In this document: piece by piece, positions 28,907 through 38,399 of the stretch
How positions within the stretch are numbered: position 1 is the stretch's first letter
How the letters are laid out: each line of letters opens with the position of its first letter
DNA from: Acidobacteriota bacterium
GTDB lineage: Bacteria; Acidobacteriota; UBA890; WLXD01
DNA length: 64,000 nt
Assembly: GCA_965248695.1 (NCBI GenBank)
Contig: CBDFKD010000002.1
Span: 192,001-256,000 of the forward strand
Reading direction: 5' to 3'
The notes under the pieces: model-generated
Databases searched by the model: none
Seen by the model: the letters and a program-made list of their open reading frames with translations, nothing else
Told to the model about the DNA's origin: nothing
Made by a program: the position numbers and the translations under genes

Positions 28907-29460
28907 TTGTGCGGGAACTCCAGGCTGCAGTCGTCTAGCGGCTTGCGCAGCGCGGGGTCCATCAGCTCGTGGATGTCGAGCCGCATGGCCTCTCTGGAGT
29001 ACGCCGCCAAATCCAGGATGCCGGTGTCCATCCGGATGGCGTCTTCAGGGCACACCTCGACGCAGTAGCCGCAATAGACGCAGATACCCAAGTCGATGTC
29101 GAATCGCAATGGGTACTTCTCCACATGCGGATCCGGGTGCTCGCCCGGCACGATAGTGATGCACTTGGCCGGGCAGACAGTCTCGCACAGCATGCATCCG
29201 ACGCACCGGGGGGTGCCGTCGTCGCGCAGCGTGAGCCGATGCCTGCTGCGGTACCTCGACATCAGCGGTCGGAGCTCCTCGGGATACTGATAGGTCACGG
29301 CGGCCCGGATGTGCTTGAGCCGACCCAACAGGTGGGCAACGTGCAGAAAGAGGTTCCGGAAGAAGTGTCTGGAGGTGATCCTCAGCCCAGAGATGATCTG
29401 AGGCAGGTAGAGATTCTCCCAGAACGTCAACTCGCGTCGCTGGACAACTTTTACGGTCAC
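28849..29460 (-). CDS. nuoI: NADH-quinone oxidoreductase subunit I
   Basis: Two CxxCxxCxxxCP motifs and TYQYPEE; GTGA overlap with nuoH. Confidence 0.93.
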   Translation of the reverse strand: MTVKVVQRRELTFWENLYLPQIISGLRITSRHFFRNLFLHVAHLLGRLKHIRAAVTYQYPEELRPLMSRYRSRHRLTLRDDGTPRCVGCMLCETVCPAKCITIVPGEHPDPHVEKYPLRFDIDLGICVYCGYCVEVCPEDAIRMDTGILDLAAYSREAMRLDIHELMDPALRKPLDDCSLEFPHKCELTGGEMKGSWEGTDAS

Positions 29461-30551
29461 GAAGCCCCCTCGCCGAAGAACAACAGTACCAGGGCGGTCA
29501 CCACCACGTTGATCACCGCGACCGGGAACAACCCCTTCCACCCCAGCGACATGAGCTGATCGTAGCGGAAACGCGGCAAGGTCCAGCGTATTTGCATGAA
29601 CAGCCAGGAGAAGATCACGACTTTCAACGCAAAAGCCCCTACCCCAAGCAGGACGTAGACCAGGTTGGATACCGCAATCTCGCTACCCCAGGGGAACAGG
29701 AAGCCTTCCGGCGTCAGGAAGGGCACCTGCCAGCCCCCGAAGAAGAGCGTCGTCGCCAGGCAGGCGACCATGATCGTTTCGAGGAAATCGGTCAGGAAGA
29801 ACATCCCGAACTTCATGCCGCTGTACTCGACGAAGTAGCCGATAATCTCCGACTCCCCTTCCGGCAGGTCGAAAGGCAGCCGCTTGGTCTCCGCCAGCGC
29901 AGCGGTGACGAACACGAAGAAGGCCACCGGCTGGGCGACGATTCCCCACAGCGGGATCCAGCCACCGATCATCTGACCCTGTGCTCGAACCAGCTCGGAG
30001 AGGTTCATCGTTCCGTAGACCATGATCACCCCGAGGATGGCCACCCCGAGCGCGATCTCGTAGGAGATCATCTGCGCCGTGGCGCGCAAGCCACCCATGA
30101 TCGCGTAGTTGTTGCGCGACGCGAAGCCGGCCAGGATAACGCCGTAGACACCCATCGAAAGCATGGCGAACACGTAAAGCAGCGCCGCGTTGAGGTTGGC
30201 GACCTGGAGATCGATGACCAGGTCCCCCCAGATAAGTCGGTCGCCGAAGGGGATCGCTGCGAAGGCCACCAGGGCGAAGAACACCGAGAAGAACGGCGCC
30301 AGCGTGTGGAGGGTCTTGTTGGCGCCTGTCGGGACGATGTCCTCCTTGGTGAACATCTTGATGGCGTCCGCTATGCCGTGAAACAGACCCAGCATGCGGA
30401 AGCCAAAGATGGGGGCGCGGTTTGCCCCGATGCGATCCTGGATCAGCGCCGACTGCTTGCGCTCCACCCAGGTGTGCAACCCGGCGAAGTTGACCACGCC
30501 GAATAGCACCAGCGCAGCCAGCGCCAGCTTGATGAGGATCGCCTCGATCAC
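29457..30551 (-). CDS. nuoH: NADH-quinone oxidoreductase subunit H
   Basis: ERK...QDRIG, ADAIKMFTKED, AQMISYE, PFDLPEGESE, EYSG, TLPRFRYDQLM. Confidence 0.95.
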   Translation of the reverse strand: MIEAILIKLALAALVLFGVVNFAGLHTWVERKQSALIQDRIGANRAPIFGFRMLGLFHGIADAIKMFTKEDIVPTGANKTLHTLAPFFSVFFALVAFAAIPFGDRLIWGDLVIDLQVANLNAALLYVFAMLSMGVYGVILAGFASRNNYAIMGGLRATAQMISYEIALGVAILGVIMVYGTMNLSELVRAQGQMIGGWIPLWGIVAQPVAFFVFVTAALAETKRLPFDLPEGESEIIGYFVEYSGMKFGMFFLTDFLETIMVACLATTLFFGGWQVPFLTPEGFLFPWGSEIAVSNLVYVLLGVGAFALKVVIFSWLFMQIRWTLPRFRYDQLMSLGWKGLFPVAVINVVVTALVLLFFGEGAS

Positions 30552-32167
30552 GGGCTCGCCGCCTCGGGCTGCTGCCCCGGGATGGAACCCGGAACGGGGT
30601 GCGGCGACACCAGGGCAACGCCGTCCTGCCCGATCGTCTCGTAGGTCAACCCGGCGAAGGGCTCCTCGACGGCGGCGAGCGCCGCGAAGATCTCTTCCGG
30701 CTTCGTGCCGTCGAGCGGCCGCTCGAGCAGCTCGGCGAGCGACATCAGCACGCGCCAGTCCTCGCGCGACCTGCCGTAGGGCGGCATCACCCGGCCAACG
30801 CGCTGGATGCGTCCGTCGCAGTTGACGAACGTCCCGTCCTTCTCGACGTAGCCAGCTGTCGGCAGCGTCCAGTGGGCCAGCGACGCCGTAGCGTTGTCGT
30901 TGGTGCCGGAGAAGATCAGCAGGTCGACCTTCTGCGCCACCTCGGCAGCCTTGCTCTCGCCGAACAGGTCGACCAGATCGTGTCCGAAGACCCACAGAGC
31001 ATCGAGCTCTCCCGCCAATGCCGCGTCCAGGATCCCGCCTGCGGCGGGCGCATCGGGCCCGCCAAGTCCGAGCAACGTGGCGCCGTAGGTATTGGGGCTC
31101 TTGTCGGCCATGATCAGAAAATCGTCCGAGGAGCCAGGCTGCTCGGGGACGTTGGCGCTGATCTGCGCGCCGACGAAGACCTCACGGATCAGGAAGAGCT
31201 CCTCGTTGGTCAGCTGCGTCGAGGCGATCACACCGATGCGTGCCTCGTCATCGCCGACACGCGTCGCGATCGCCTGCAGGGCCTCGTCCCAGGTGGCGTC
31301 ACCCTCCGGCCCACGCACCAGATCAAGCCGCTCGTGATCCAGCCAACCGAGCCCATACCTGCCTTCGTCGCACAGCCACCACTCGTTCACGTCGGCGTTG
31401 TAGCGCGGCTTCACTCGCACCATGCGGGCGCCGTCGTTCAGGTGCGGCCGGTCGAGAATGAAGTGCATGTCGAGGTTGCAGCCACGGCTGCACCCGTTGC
31501 AGACTGTGGGGACGCTCGACAGGTACCAGACCCTTGCCTTGAAGCGGAAATCGGCCTCGGTGAGCGCACCCACTGGACAGATATCGACGACGTTCGCCGA
31601 GTACGGGTTGTCCAGCCTGGCACCCGGGTAGATACCCAGCTCGGCGCTGTCGCCGCGATTGAAGATGCCGAACTCGCCGGTATTGGTGATCTCGTCGGTG
31701 AAACGCACGCAGCGGGAGCACAGGATGCAGCGCTCCTGGTCGAGCATGACGTGCGGGCCGAGCTCGACGGCCTTCTTCTTCTTGACCTTGTGCTCACGAA
31801 AGCGCGGGTCGTAGAGCCCGAAGTTCATGTAGAAGTTCTGCAGGTCGCACTCGCCCGACTGATCGCAGACGGGGCAATCGAGAGGATGGTTGGCGAGCAG
31901 GAACTCCAGCACCGACTGACGCCCCTTCTCGGCCCGGTCGTTGGTGGTGTGCACCACCATCCCGTCGGTGGCCGGCAGGTTGCAGGCGATCTGCAGCTTG
32001 GGGTTGTTCTCGACGTCCACCAGGCAGATGCGGCAGTTGCCGGCGATCGACAGGCCGGGGTGGTAGCAGTAACGCGGAACGAAGATCCCGAGCTGTTCCG
32101 CGGCCTGGATGACCGTGGTTCCCTCGGCGACCTCGATCTCGTGGTCGTCGATGGTTAGCTTAGGCAT
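30548..32167 (-). CDS. nuoG: NADH-quinone oxidoreductase subunit G (short form)
   Basis: IFVPRYCYHP...NCRIC, NHPLDCPVCDQSGEC, RCILCSRC, DICPVGAL, CNGCSRGC. Confidence 0.93.
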   Translation of the reverse strand: MPKLTIDDHEIEVAEGTTVIQAAEQLGIFVPRYCYHPGLSIAGNCRICLVDVENNPKLQIACNLPATDGMVVHTTNDRAEKGRQSVLEFLLANHPLDCPVCDQSGECDLQNFYMNFGLYDPRFREHKVKKKKAVELGPHVMLDQERCILCSRCVRFTDEITNTGEFGIFNRGDSAELGIYPGARLDNPYSANVVDICPVGALTEADFRFKARVWYLSSVPTVCNGCSRGCNLDMHFILDRPHLNDGARMVRVKPRYNADVNEWWLCDEGRYGLGWLDHERLDLVRGPEGDATWDEALQAIATRVGDDEARIGVIASTQLTNEELFLIREVFVGAQISANVPEQPGSSDDFLIMADKSPNTYGATLLGLGGPDAPAAGGILDAALAGELDALWVFGHDLVDLFGESKAAEVAQKVDLLIFSGTNDNATASLAHWTLPTAGYVEKDGTFVNCDGRIQRVGRVMPPYGRSREDWRVLMSLAELLERPLDGTKPEEIFAALAAVEEPFAGLTYETIGQDGVALVSPHPVPGSIPGQQPEAASP

Positions 32168-33962
32168 GCACGGCCTCCACACTGTCGGCCTTGCGGCCGC
32201 TGCTGATGTACTGCTCGAACTCTTCGCGGAACTTCGCAATATAGGACTGCACCGGCCACGCCGCAGCATCGGCGAACACGCAGATCGTCGTGCCTTCCAT
32301 GTCGCCGGCTATCGCCAGCAGATCGTCGAGATCCTGCAGCCGCCCATCGCCGGCAATGATTCGGCGCATGATGCGGTGCACCCAGCCGGTCCCCTCGCGG
32401 CATGGCGAGCACTGTCCACAGGACTCGTCGGCGAAGAACTTCGAGGCGGAGTCCAACGCATCGACCATCGAAGCGGTCTCGTCCATGACGATCACGCCGC
32501 CGGAGCCCGCCATGCTGCCGGCTGCCATCAGGGAGTCGAAGTCCATCGACACATCGACCTCGTCCGCCGTCAGAACCTTGGCGGAAATACCGCCCGGGAT
32601 GACCGCTTTGAGCTTGTTGCCGTCGCGCACGCCGCCCCCGTATTCCTCGTTCTCGATTAGCGCCCGTAGCGTGACGCTCACCGGTGCCTCGTAGACTCCC
32701 GGGCGCACTACGTGGCCGCTGACGCAGAACAGCCGCGTGCCGCCCTGCCGCTCGGTGCCGATGGCGGCGAAGCTGTCGGCGCCTTCACGGAGGATGAACG
32801 GAACACAGGCGAGCGTCTCGACGTTGTTGACGATCGTCGGGCTGGCGAACAGGCCCTCGATGGCCGGGAACGGCGGCTTGAGCTTGGGGAAGCCTTTGCC
32901 GCCCTCGAGTGAGGTCAGCAGCGCGGTCTCCTCACCGCAGATGTACGCCCCGGCGCCGCGATGGATTACGACGTCGAGGTCGAAGCCGCTCCCCTGGATG
33001 TTCTTGCCGAGCCAGCCGCGCTCATGGGCCTCATCGATGGCGCGCTGCAGCCGCTGCGCCGACAGGAAGTACTCGCCACGGATGTAGACATACGCCTTGT
33101 GGCTGCCGATGGCGTAGGCGGCGATGATCATGCCCTCGAGCAAGTTGTGCGGGTCGCGCTCCATGATGTAGCGATCTTTGAAGGTGCCCGGCTCGCCCTC
33201 ATCGGCATTGACCACCAGGAACTTCGGCTTGTCGGTGTCCTTGGGAACGAAGGACCATTTCCGACCGGTCGGAAACCCAGCGCCGCCGAGCCCACGCAGG
33301 CTAGGGGCAGAGACCTCCTCGATCACCTGCTCCGGAGTCATCGACGAGAGGACCTTGGTGGCGGCGGCGTATCCACCGTCTGCGACAAACTCATCGAACC
33401 AGGCACCTTCCGGGTTGCCGAAGCGGTTCGAAAGGATGGGCCCGTCGGCGCAGATATACGGATCGGGCTCCGGTGTGATCTCCGCCGACCCCGGCTCACT
33501 GCGCGCGTCGTCGAGCACGTTGTCGACCGTGGCGCCTTCGAGCGGCCCGACGAACCGCTCATCGAGCTGCGCCATCGGCGCCATCTCACAGGCGCACAGG
33601 CACTCGGTCTCGGTCAGCAACACGGTGCCATCCGCGGTCGTCTCACCCGGCTTGATACCGAGGCTGTTCTCGATGCGCGCCAGGAGCTCTGCGCCGCCGC
33701 GTAGCAGGCAGGGCAGGCTGGTGCACACGCGTAGCTCCCGCCGACCCACCGGCTGGGTGTGGTACATGTTGTAAAAGGTGACCGCCTCATGCACCTGCGA
33801 GCGCGATACGCCCAGTACGTCACCCACCCAGGCCTCCGCGTCCTGGCTGATGTACCCCTGGTTCTGCTGCACGAGCCACAGAACCGGCAGCATCGCCGCC
33901 TTGGGGTACTCGTAGCGCTGCGCGATCTCCCGCGCCTGTCCCTCCAGGTCCGCCAACTTCAC
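32160..33962 (-). CDS. nuoF: Fused NuoE-NuoF NADH-binding module
   Basis: N-terminal CTSLPC...ECLCAC (NuoE 2Fe-2S), then GLGGAGF, NADEGEPGTFKDR, GAGAYICGEETAL, ESCGQCSPCREG, ICVF. Confidence 0.93.
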   Translation of the reverse strand: MKLADLEGQAREIAQRYEYPKAAMLPVLWLVQQNQGYISQDAEAWVGDVLGVSRSQVHEAVTFYNMYHTQPVGRRELRVCTSLPCLLRGGAELLARIENSLGIKPGETTADGTVLLTETECLCACEMAPMAQLDERFVGPLEGATVDNVLDDARSEPGSAEITPEPDPYICADGPILSNRFGNPEGAWFDEFVADGGYAAATKVLSSMTPEQVIEEVSAPSLRGLGGAGFPTGRKWSFVPKDTDKPKFLVVNADEGEPGTFKDRYIMERDPHNLLEGMIIAAYAIGSHKAYVYIRGEYFLSAQRLQRAIDEAHERGWLGKNIQGSGFDLDVVIHRGAGAYICGEETALLTSLEGGKGFPKLKPPFPAIEGLFASPTIVNNVETLACVPFILREGADSFAAIGTERQGGTRLFCVSGHVVRPGVYEAPVSVTLRALIENEEYGGGVRDGNKLKAVIPGGISAKVLTADEVDVSMDFDSLMAAGSMAGSGGVIVMDETASMVDALDSASKFFADESCGQCSPCREGTGWVHRIMRRIIAGDGRLQDLDDLLAIAGDMEGTTICVFADAAAWPVQSYIAKFREEFEQYISSGRKADSVEAVHA

Positions 33963-35344
33963 CGGTCGAGCTCCCCGCCGATCATGTTCACCGACCCGAA
34001 GGTGGGAATCATGTCGGCGATCATCTCGCCTTCCAGAAGCGTCGACAGGGCCGACATGATGGCGAAACAGGGTGGCCGCACACGCACCCGGTAGGCGTTA
34101 CCGGCGCCGTCGCTGACGACGTAGAAGCCGAGCTCACCGTTGGCGCCCTCGACCGGGAAGTAGACCTCGCCATCGGGGGGGCGGACGCCATGGCCGTGCA
34201 TGACGAGCTTGAACTGCTGCATGAGCCCCTCGATATTGCCGTACGCATCTTCCTTCGGAGGCAGGAACGCGCGCTTCTCGTCGGTGGCGATCGAGGGATG
34301 GTAGAGACGACCGGAGCCTTCCAGCGTCGGGGGGGCGACGGCGCAGCCGTCCGCAATAGCATCGATGTTGCCCATCTTGGCGAGATCGACCATCTCAGCT
34401 GCCGGAATCGGACGTCCGGTCTCCGGGTTCACCAGCACGGGCCCGCCGGGTATCTGCTCCAACGCCCTTTCTACGATGCGCATCGACTGCTCCATCTCCG
34501 CCATGCGCACCAGGTAGCGGTCCATGTTGTCGCCGCGCGTCCCGACCGGCACCTCGAACGGGATCTGGTCGTAGACCGCATAGGGGCAATCCTTGCGGAC
34601 GTCGTACTCGGCGCCTGTAGCGCGCAGGAAGGGCCCCGTAATGCCGTAAGAAATTGCGTCTTCGGGCGAGATTGCGCCGGTGTCGTTCATGCGGTCCGCG
34701 AAGATGCGGTTGCGGGTGAGGAGGGCGTCCGACTCCTCCAGCACCGTGCGGGTTTCCTTGAACGCCTCGGCGCAGGCCTCGGCAAAACCCTCGGGCAAAT
34801 CGGCCTTCACGCCGCCGACACGGCAATAGGTAATCGTCAGCCTGGCGCCGGTGACCTTTTCCACCAGCTCCCACAGATACTCGCGCGCCTTGATCATGTA
34901 CAGGAAAACCGTAAAGGCCCCCAGTTCCATGGCGGTGGCGCCGACGCAGGTGAGGTGGTCGGAAACTCTCGAAATCTCCGACATGATGACGCGCACGTAG
35001 TGGCAACGCTCCGGCACGGAGATGCCCAGAAGCTTCTCCACCGCCATGCAGTACCCCATATTGTTGATCAGCGGCGAGACGTAGTTGAGCCGATCCGTGT
35101 ACGGGATCACGCCGTTGTAGTCGACCGTCTCCGACATCTTCTCGAAGCCGCGATGCAGATAGCCGATGTCGACGTCGGCCTTCTCGATCTGCTCACCCTC
35201 GAGCTTGGCGATAATCCGAATGATGCCGTGCATGGCCGGGTGCGCCGGGCCGATGTTGAGCATCATGTCGCGCGTCTCGAGGCCAGCGGCGTCGGGCTCC
35301 GAGATCGACCGCGTCTCGACCATCGGGTTCTTCTGGACGCTCAT
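33959..35344 (-). CDS. nuoD: NADH-quinone oxidoreductase subunit D
   Basis: NIGPAHPAMHG, GYLHRGFEK, DRLNY, GELDR; no NiFe CxxC motifs. Confidence 0.95.
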   Translation of the reverse strand: MSVQKNPMVETRSISEPDAAGLETRDMMLNIGPAHPAMHGIIRIIAKLEGEQIEKADVDIGYLHRGFEKMSETVDYNGVIPYTDRLNYVSPLINNMGYCMAVEKLLGISVPERCHYVRVIMSEISRVSDHLTCVGATAMELGAFTVFLYMIKAREYLWELVEKVTGARLTITYCRVGGVKADLPEGFAEACAEAFKETRTVLEESDALLTRNRIFADRMNDTGAISPEDAISYGITGPFLRATGAEYDVRKDCPYAVYDQIPFEVPVGTRGDNMDRYLVRMAEMEQSMRIVERALEQIPGGPVLVNPETGRPIPAAEMVDLAKMGNIDAIADGCAVAPPTLEGSGRLYHPSIATDEKRAFLPPKEDAYGNIEGLMQQFKLVMHGHGVRPPDGEVYFPVEGANGELGFYVVSDGAGNAYRVRVRPPCFAIMSALSTLLEGEMIADMIPTFGSVNMIGGELDR

Positions 35345-35420
35345 GCCAGTGGCCCGTAACAGCGAGCTAGCGACTCAGGCGCGCACGCCACGACATGAAG
35401 GGGAGCACCGCTGTAGGGCA

Positions 35421-36002
35421 TCAGTTCTGGGGCCCGATCAGAGGCTGGCGTTTGTTGACGGGATAATCCTTGCGCAGCGCGTGGCCCTCGAACTCCTCGT
35501 ACATGAGGATGCGGCGCAGGTCTGGGTGCCCGGTGAAACGGATGCCGAACATGTCCCAGACCTCGCGCTCGAGCCAGTTGGCTCCGGGCCACAACGAGGT
35601 CAGCGAGTCCACCTCCGGTGCGTCTTCCTGGGCCGGCACCACCAGGCGCAGTCGGTGCTTCAGAGAGGTCGAGTAGAAGTGGTACACGACCGCGTAGCGT
35701 GCCTCGCTGGGCGGCCCCGGCCACGGGTCGGCATCGGGAATCTGCGGCGACGGCCTGACCGACACACCCGAGGAGGCGAAGAAAGCCCGTGCCGGGCTCT
35801 TCCCGAACATCGAGTAATCCACCGCCGTCACGTCGACGAGGAAGTTCATCTGTAGCGCTGCGTCCTCCTTGAGGAAACGAGCCACGTCCACCAGAGACTC
35901 CGGGCGCACCACCAGCGTGGCGTCGCCTCGATAGCTGTGTGAGGCGAGCGTGGCGTCCGGGAATCGGTCGGTGACCGATCCGATCAAGGAGTCGTTATCC
36001 AT
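35421..36002 (-). CDS. nuoC: NADH-quinone oxidoreductase subunit C
   Basis: TAVDY, ANWLEREVWDMFGI.F.GHPDLRRIL, GHALRKDYP. Confidence 0.94.
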   Translation of the reverse strand: MDNDSLIGSVTDRFPDATLASHSYRGDATLVVRPESLVDVARFLKEDAALQMNFLVDVTAVDYSMFGKSPARAFFASSGVSVRPSPQIPDADPWPGPPSEARYAVVYHFYSTSLKHRLRLVVPAQEDAPEVDSLTSLWPGANWLEREVWDMFGIRFTGHPDLRRILMYEEFEGHALRKDYPVNKRQPLIGPQN

Positions 36003-36004
36003 CG

Positions 36005-36526
36005 TCAGAAGATGTCCGGACGAGGTTCCGGTGCCGCCCGCTCGCCGGTCGTGTGCTGCATCTGGATCTTGTCCTGCAGCTTCATCAGGCCGTCGAGCAC
36101 CATCTCGGGTCGCGGCGGGCATCCCGGGATGTAGACGTCGACCGGCATGATCGTGTCGATTCCCATCACGGTGGCGTAGTTGTCGTAGAAGCCGCCGGTG
36201 CAGGTACAGACACCGAAGGCCACGACCCAGTTCGGGTCGGCCATCTGGTCGTGGATGCGCTTCAGCACCGGGGCCATCTTGTGGCTGATGGTGCCGACCA
36301 CGAACAGGACGTCGGCCTGGCGCGGCGAGAATCGTGGCAGGCCGGCGCCGAAACGGTCGACGTCGTAGTGCGAGCACGCGGTTGCCATGTACTCCATGCC
36401 GCAGCAGGCGGTGACGAACGGGTACTGGAAGATCGAGTACTTCCTGGCCCATCCGATCGCCGCGTCGAGACGGCTGGTGAAGTACGACGGTTCGCTTTGG
36501 CCGAAGTAAGACGGGTCGTTCTGCAT
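36005..36526 (-). CDS. nuoB: NADH-quinone oxidoreductase subunit B
   Basis: TACCGME, SPRQAD, PVDVYIPGCPPRPE. Confidence 0.95.
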   Translation of the reverse strand: MQNDPSYFGQSEPSYFTSRLDAAIGWARKYSIFQYPFVTACCGMEYMATACSHYDVDRFGAGLPRFSPRQADVLFVVGTISHKMAPVLKRIHDQMADPNWVVAFGVCTCTGGFYDNYATVMGIDTIMPVDVYIPGCPPRPEMVLDGLMKLQDKIQMQHTTGERAAPEPRPDIF

Positions 36527-36527
36527 G

Positions 36528-36881
36528 TCACTTCCAGTCCAGGGCGCCGTTGTCACGCGCGTAGACGTAGCCGACCATCAGGATGCCGAGAAAGATCCCC
36601 ATTTCCGTCAGACCCAGCAGCCCGAGCCGCCGGTAAAGCACGGCCCACGGATAAAGGAACACGAGCTCTACATCGAACAGGATGAACAGGATCGCAGTCA
36701 GGTAAAACTTGACCGCCAGCTTGCCGATGGGCAGGGAGATGGGGTCCTGGCCGCACTCGAACGGCGCCAGCTTCACGTCGGTGCTGTTCTTCTTGCCGAG
36801 CACCGAGCCGAGCCAGACCATGGTTCCGGCCAGACCCCCGGCGAGCACGAACATGACGGCAATACCGATGTATTCGTTCAC
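36528..36881 (-). CDS. nuoA: NADH-quinone oxidoreductase subunit A
   Basis: PFECG, FYLTAILFILFDVELVFLYPWA, GALDW. Confidence 0.95.
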   Translation of the reverse strand: MNEYIGIAVMFVLAGGLAGTMVWLGSVLGKKNSTDVKLAPFECGQDPISLPIGKLAVKFYLTAILFILFDVELVFLYPWAVLYRRLGLLGLTEMGIFLGILMVGYVYARDNGALDWK

Positions 36882-36977
36882 GCTTCAAGAACCTCGATTG
36901 CGGGCGGCTGGAGACTCACTTGCAAAGTCAGTGTCCTGTAACGGTAGTCTGCGACGTATTGTGCAACGCTCCGGGCC

Positions 36978-38399
36978 TCATGGCGAGATCGCCCAGGACA
37001 TCAGGCCGGCCGGCAGAATTCCACCGACCAGGGTGACCAGAGCGGCTACCGCAAGCGCGGCGGTTACCGCGAGCGGAAAGCGTGCCGGGGCCGGGGCCAC
37101 GGTATCGCTCATGTACATGCGGACGGCGACCCGCATGTAAACAAATGCGGTGACCACGCTACAACCGACCGCTATCAGCGCCAGCGCGATCTGACCTGCC
37201 TGCACGGCGCTCGTGATGACGACGAACTTGGCGACGAAGCCGGCGGTTGGCGGTATGCCGGTCAACGACAGCAGAAACAGCAACATGACCGCAGCGGCCG
37301 CCGGTCGTTGCGATGCCAGCCCCTCGAACCCGTCGAGCGTCTCGCCGCGCTCACCCAGCGCGATGACCACCCCGAATGCGCCCAGCGTCATGAACACGTA
37401 GAAAAACGCGTACGTCATCGTCGCCGAGGCACCGGCGGGCGTGCCAGCGATCAGACCCAGGAGCGCGTAACCGGCATGGGCAATGGACGAGTACGCCAGC
37501 AGCCGTTTCATGTTCGTCTGCGACAGCGACAGGATGCTACCGGCGAGCATGGAAAGCGCCGCCAGCCCCACCAGGATCATGGTCATCACGACCGCCTCGG
37601 TTCCGAAGGCGACCATCACCACCCGGCCAAGCGCCGCCAGACCGGCCGCCTTGGAGCCGGCCGCCAGGAAACCCGCAACGGGTGCGCTGGCGCCCTGGTA
37701 GGCGTCCGGAGCCCAGGAGTGAAACGGCACCGCCGCGATCTTGAAGGCCAGCCCGCCCACCACCATTCCGACGGCGACCGCCATCAGTGCGGGATCCACC
37801 AGACCGCGTGAGTGAAGCGCCGAGGCGATTCCTCCATAGGAGGTCGTGCCAGTGAGGCCATACGTGAGGCTGATGCCGAAGAGCATCAGCGCCGAGGCGA
37901 ACGAGCCGAGCAGGAAATACTTGATCGCCGCTTCGTTGGACGTCGGCCGCTCGACGCGAATGCCCACGAGGATGTACGAGCAGATCGTCATCAGCTCGAG
38001 CGCCAGATAGAGCGGTATCAGATCGGTCGACGACGCCGCGATCATCATGCCGGTGGCAGCCAGCAACAGCAGCACGTGGTAATCGCCCAGCGGAACACCA
38101 TCGTCCTTGCGGCGGCCGGCCGACAACAGCGTGGCGAGCACGAGGGTGGCGGCGATCAGAAGCTTGAAGAACTGTGAGTACCCGTCGACCACCAGCATGC
38201 CCGCGAAGCCGCTGCTGACCCCGCCGGAAAGCGCTTGCACCGAGGCGATCGCGGCGACCAGCCCGGCTACCGCGGTGATGGCGAAGGCTGTCGGGCCCCG
38301 TCGAATGCGGCGTGCGGCAAGCATCAGCACGAGGACGACACCGACGAGGATCAACTCCGGTACCAGCAAGGCCAGATCGGCGATGCCCGGACCCCTCAC
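36978..38399 (-). CDS. nuoN: NADH-quinone oxidoreductase subunit N
   Basis: LVPEL, SNEAAIKYFLLGS, FKIAAVPFHSWAPDAYQG, KRLLAYSSIAHAG, GIPPTAGFVAK; GTGA overlap with nuoM. Confidence 0.93.
   Translation of the reverse strand: MRGPGIADLALLVPELILVGVVLVLMLAARRIRRGPTAFAITAVAGLVAAIASVQALSGGVSSGFAGMLVVDGYSQFFKLLIAATLVLATLLSAGRRKDDGVPLGDYHVLLLLAATGMMIAASSTDLIPLYLALELMTICSYILVGIRVERPTSNEAAIKYFLLGSFASALMLFGISLTYGLTGTTSYGGIASALHSRGLVDPALMAVAVGMVVGGLAFKIAAVPFHSWAPDAYQGASAPVAGFLAAGSKAAGLAALGRVVMVAFGTEAVVMTMILVGLAALSMLAGSILSLSQTNMKRLLAYSSIAHAGYALLGLIAGTPAGASATMTYAFFYVFMTLGAFGVVIALGERGETLDGFEGLASQRPAAAAVMLLFLLSLTGIPPTAGFVAKFVVITSAVQAGQIALALIAVGCSVVTAFVYMRVAVRMYMSDTVAPAPARFPLAVTAALAVAALVTLVGGILPAGLMSWAISP

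Noticed and set aside
33959-36526. Group 4 [NiFe]-hydrogenase instead of complex I
   Set aside because: The large subunit lacks both CxxC nickel motifs and ends GELDR; nuoA, J, K and EFG are present.
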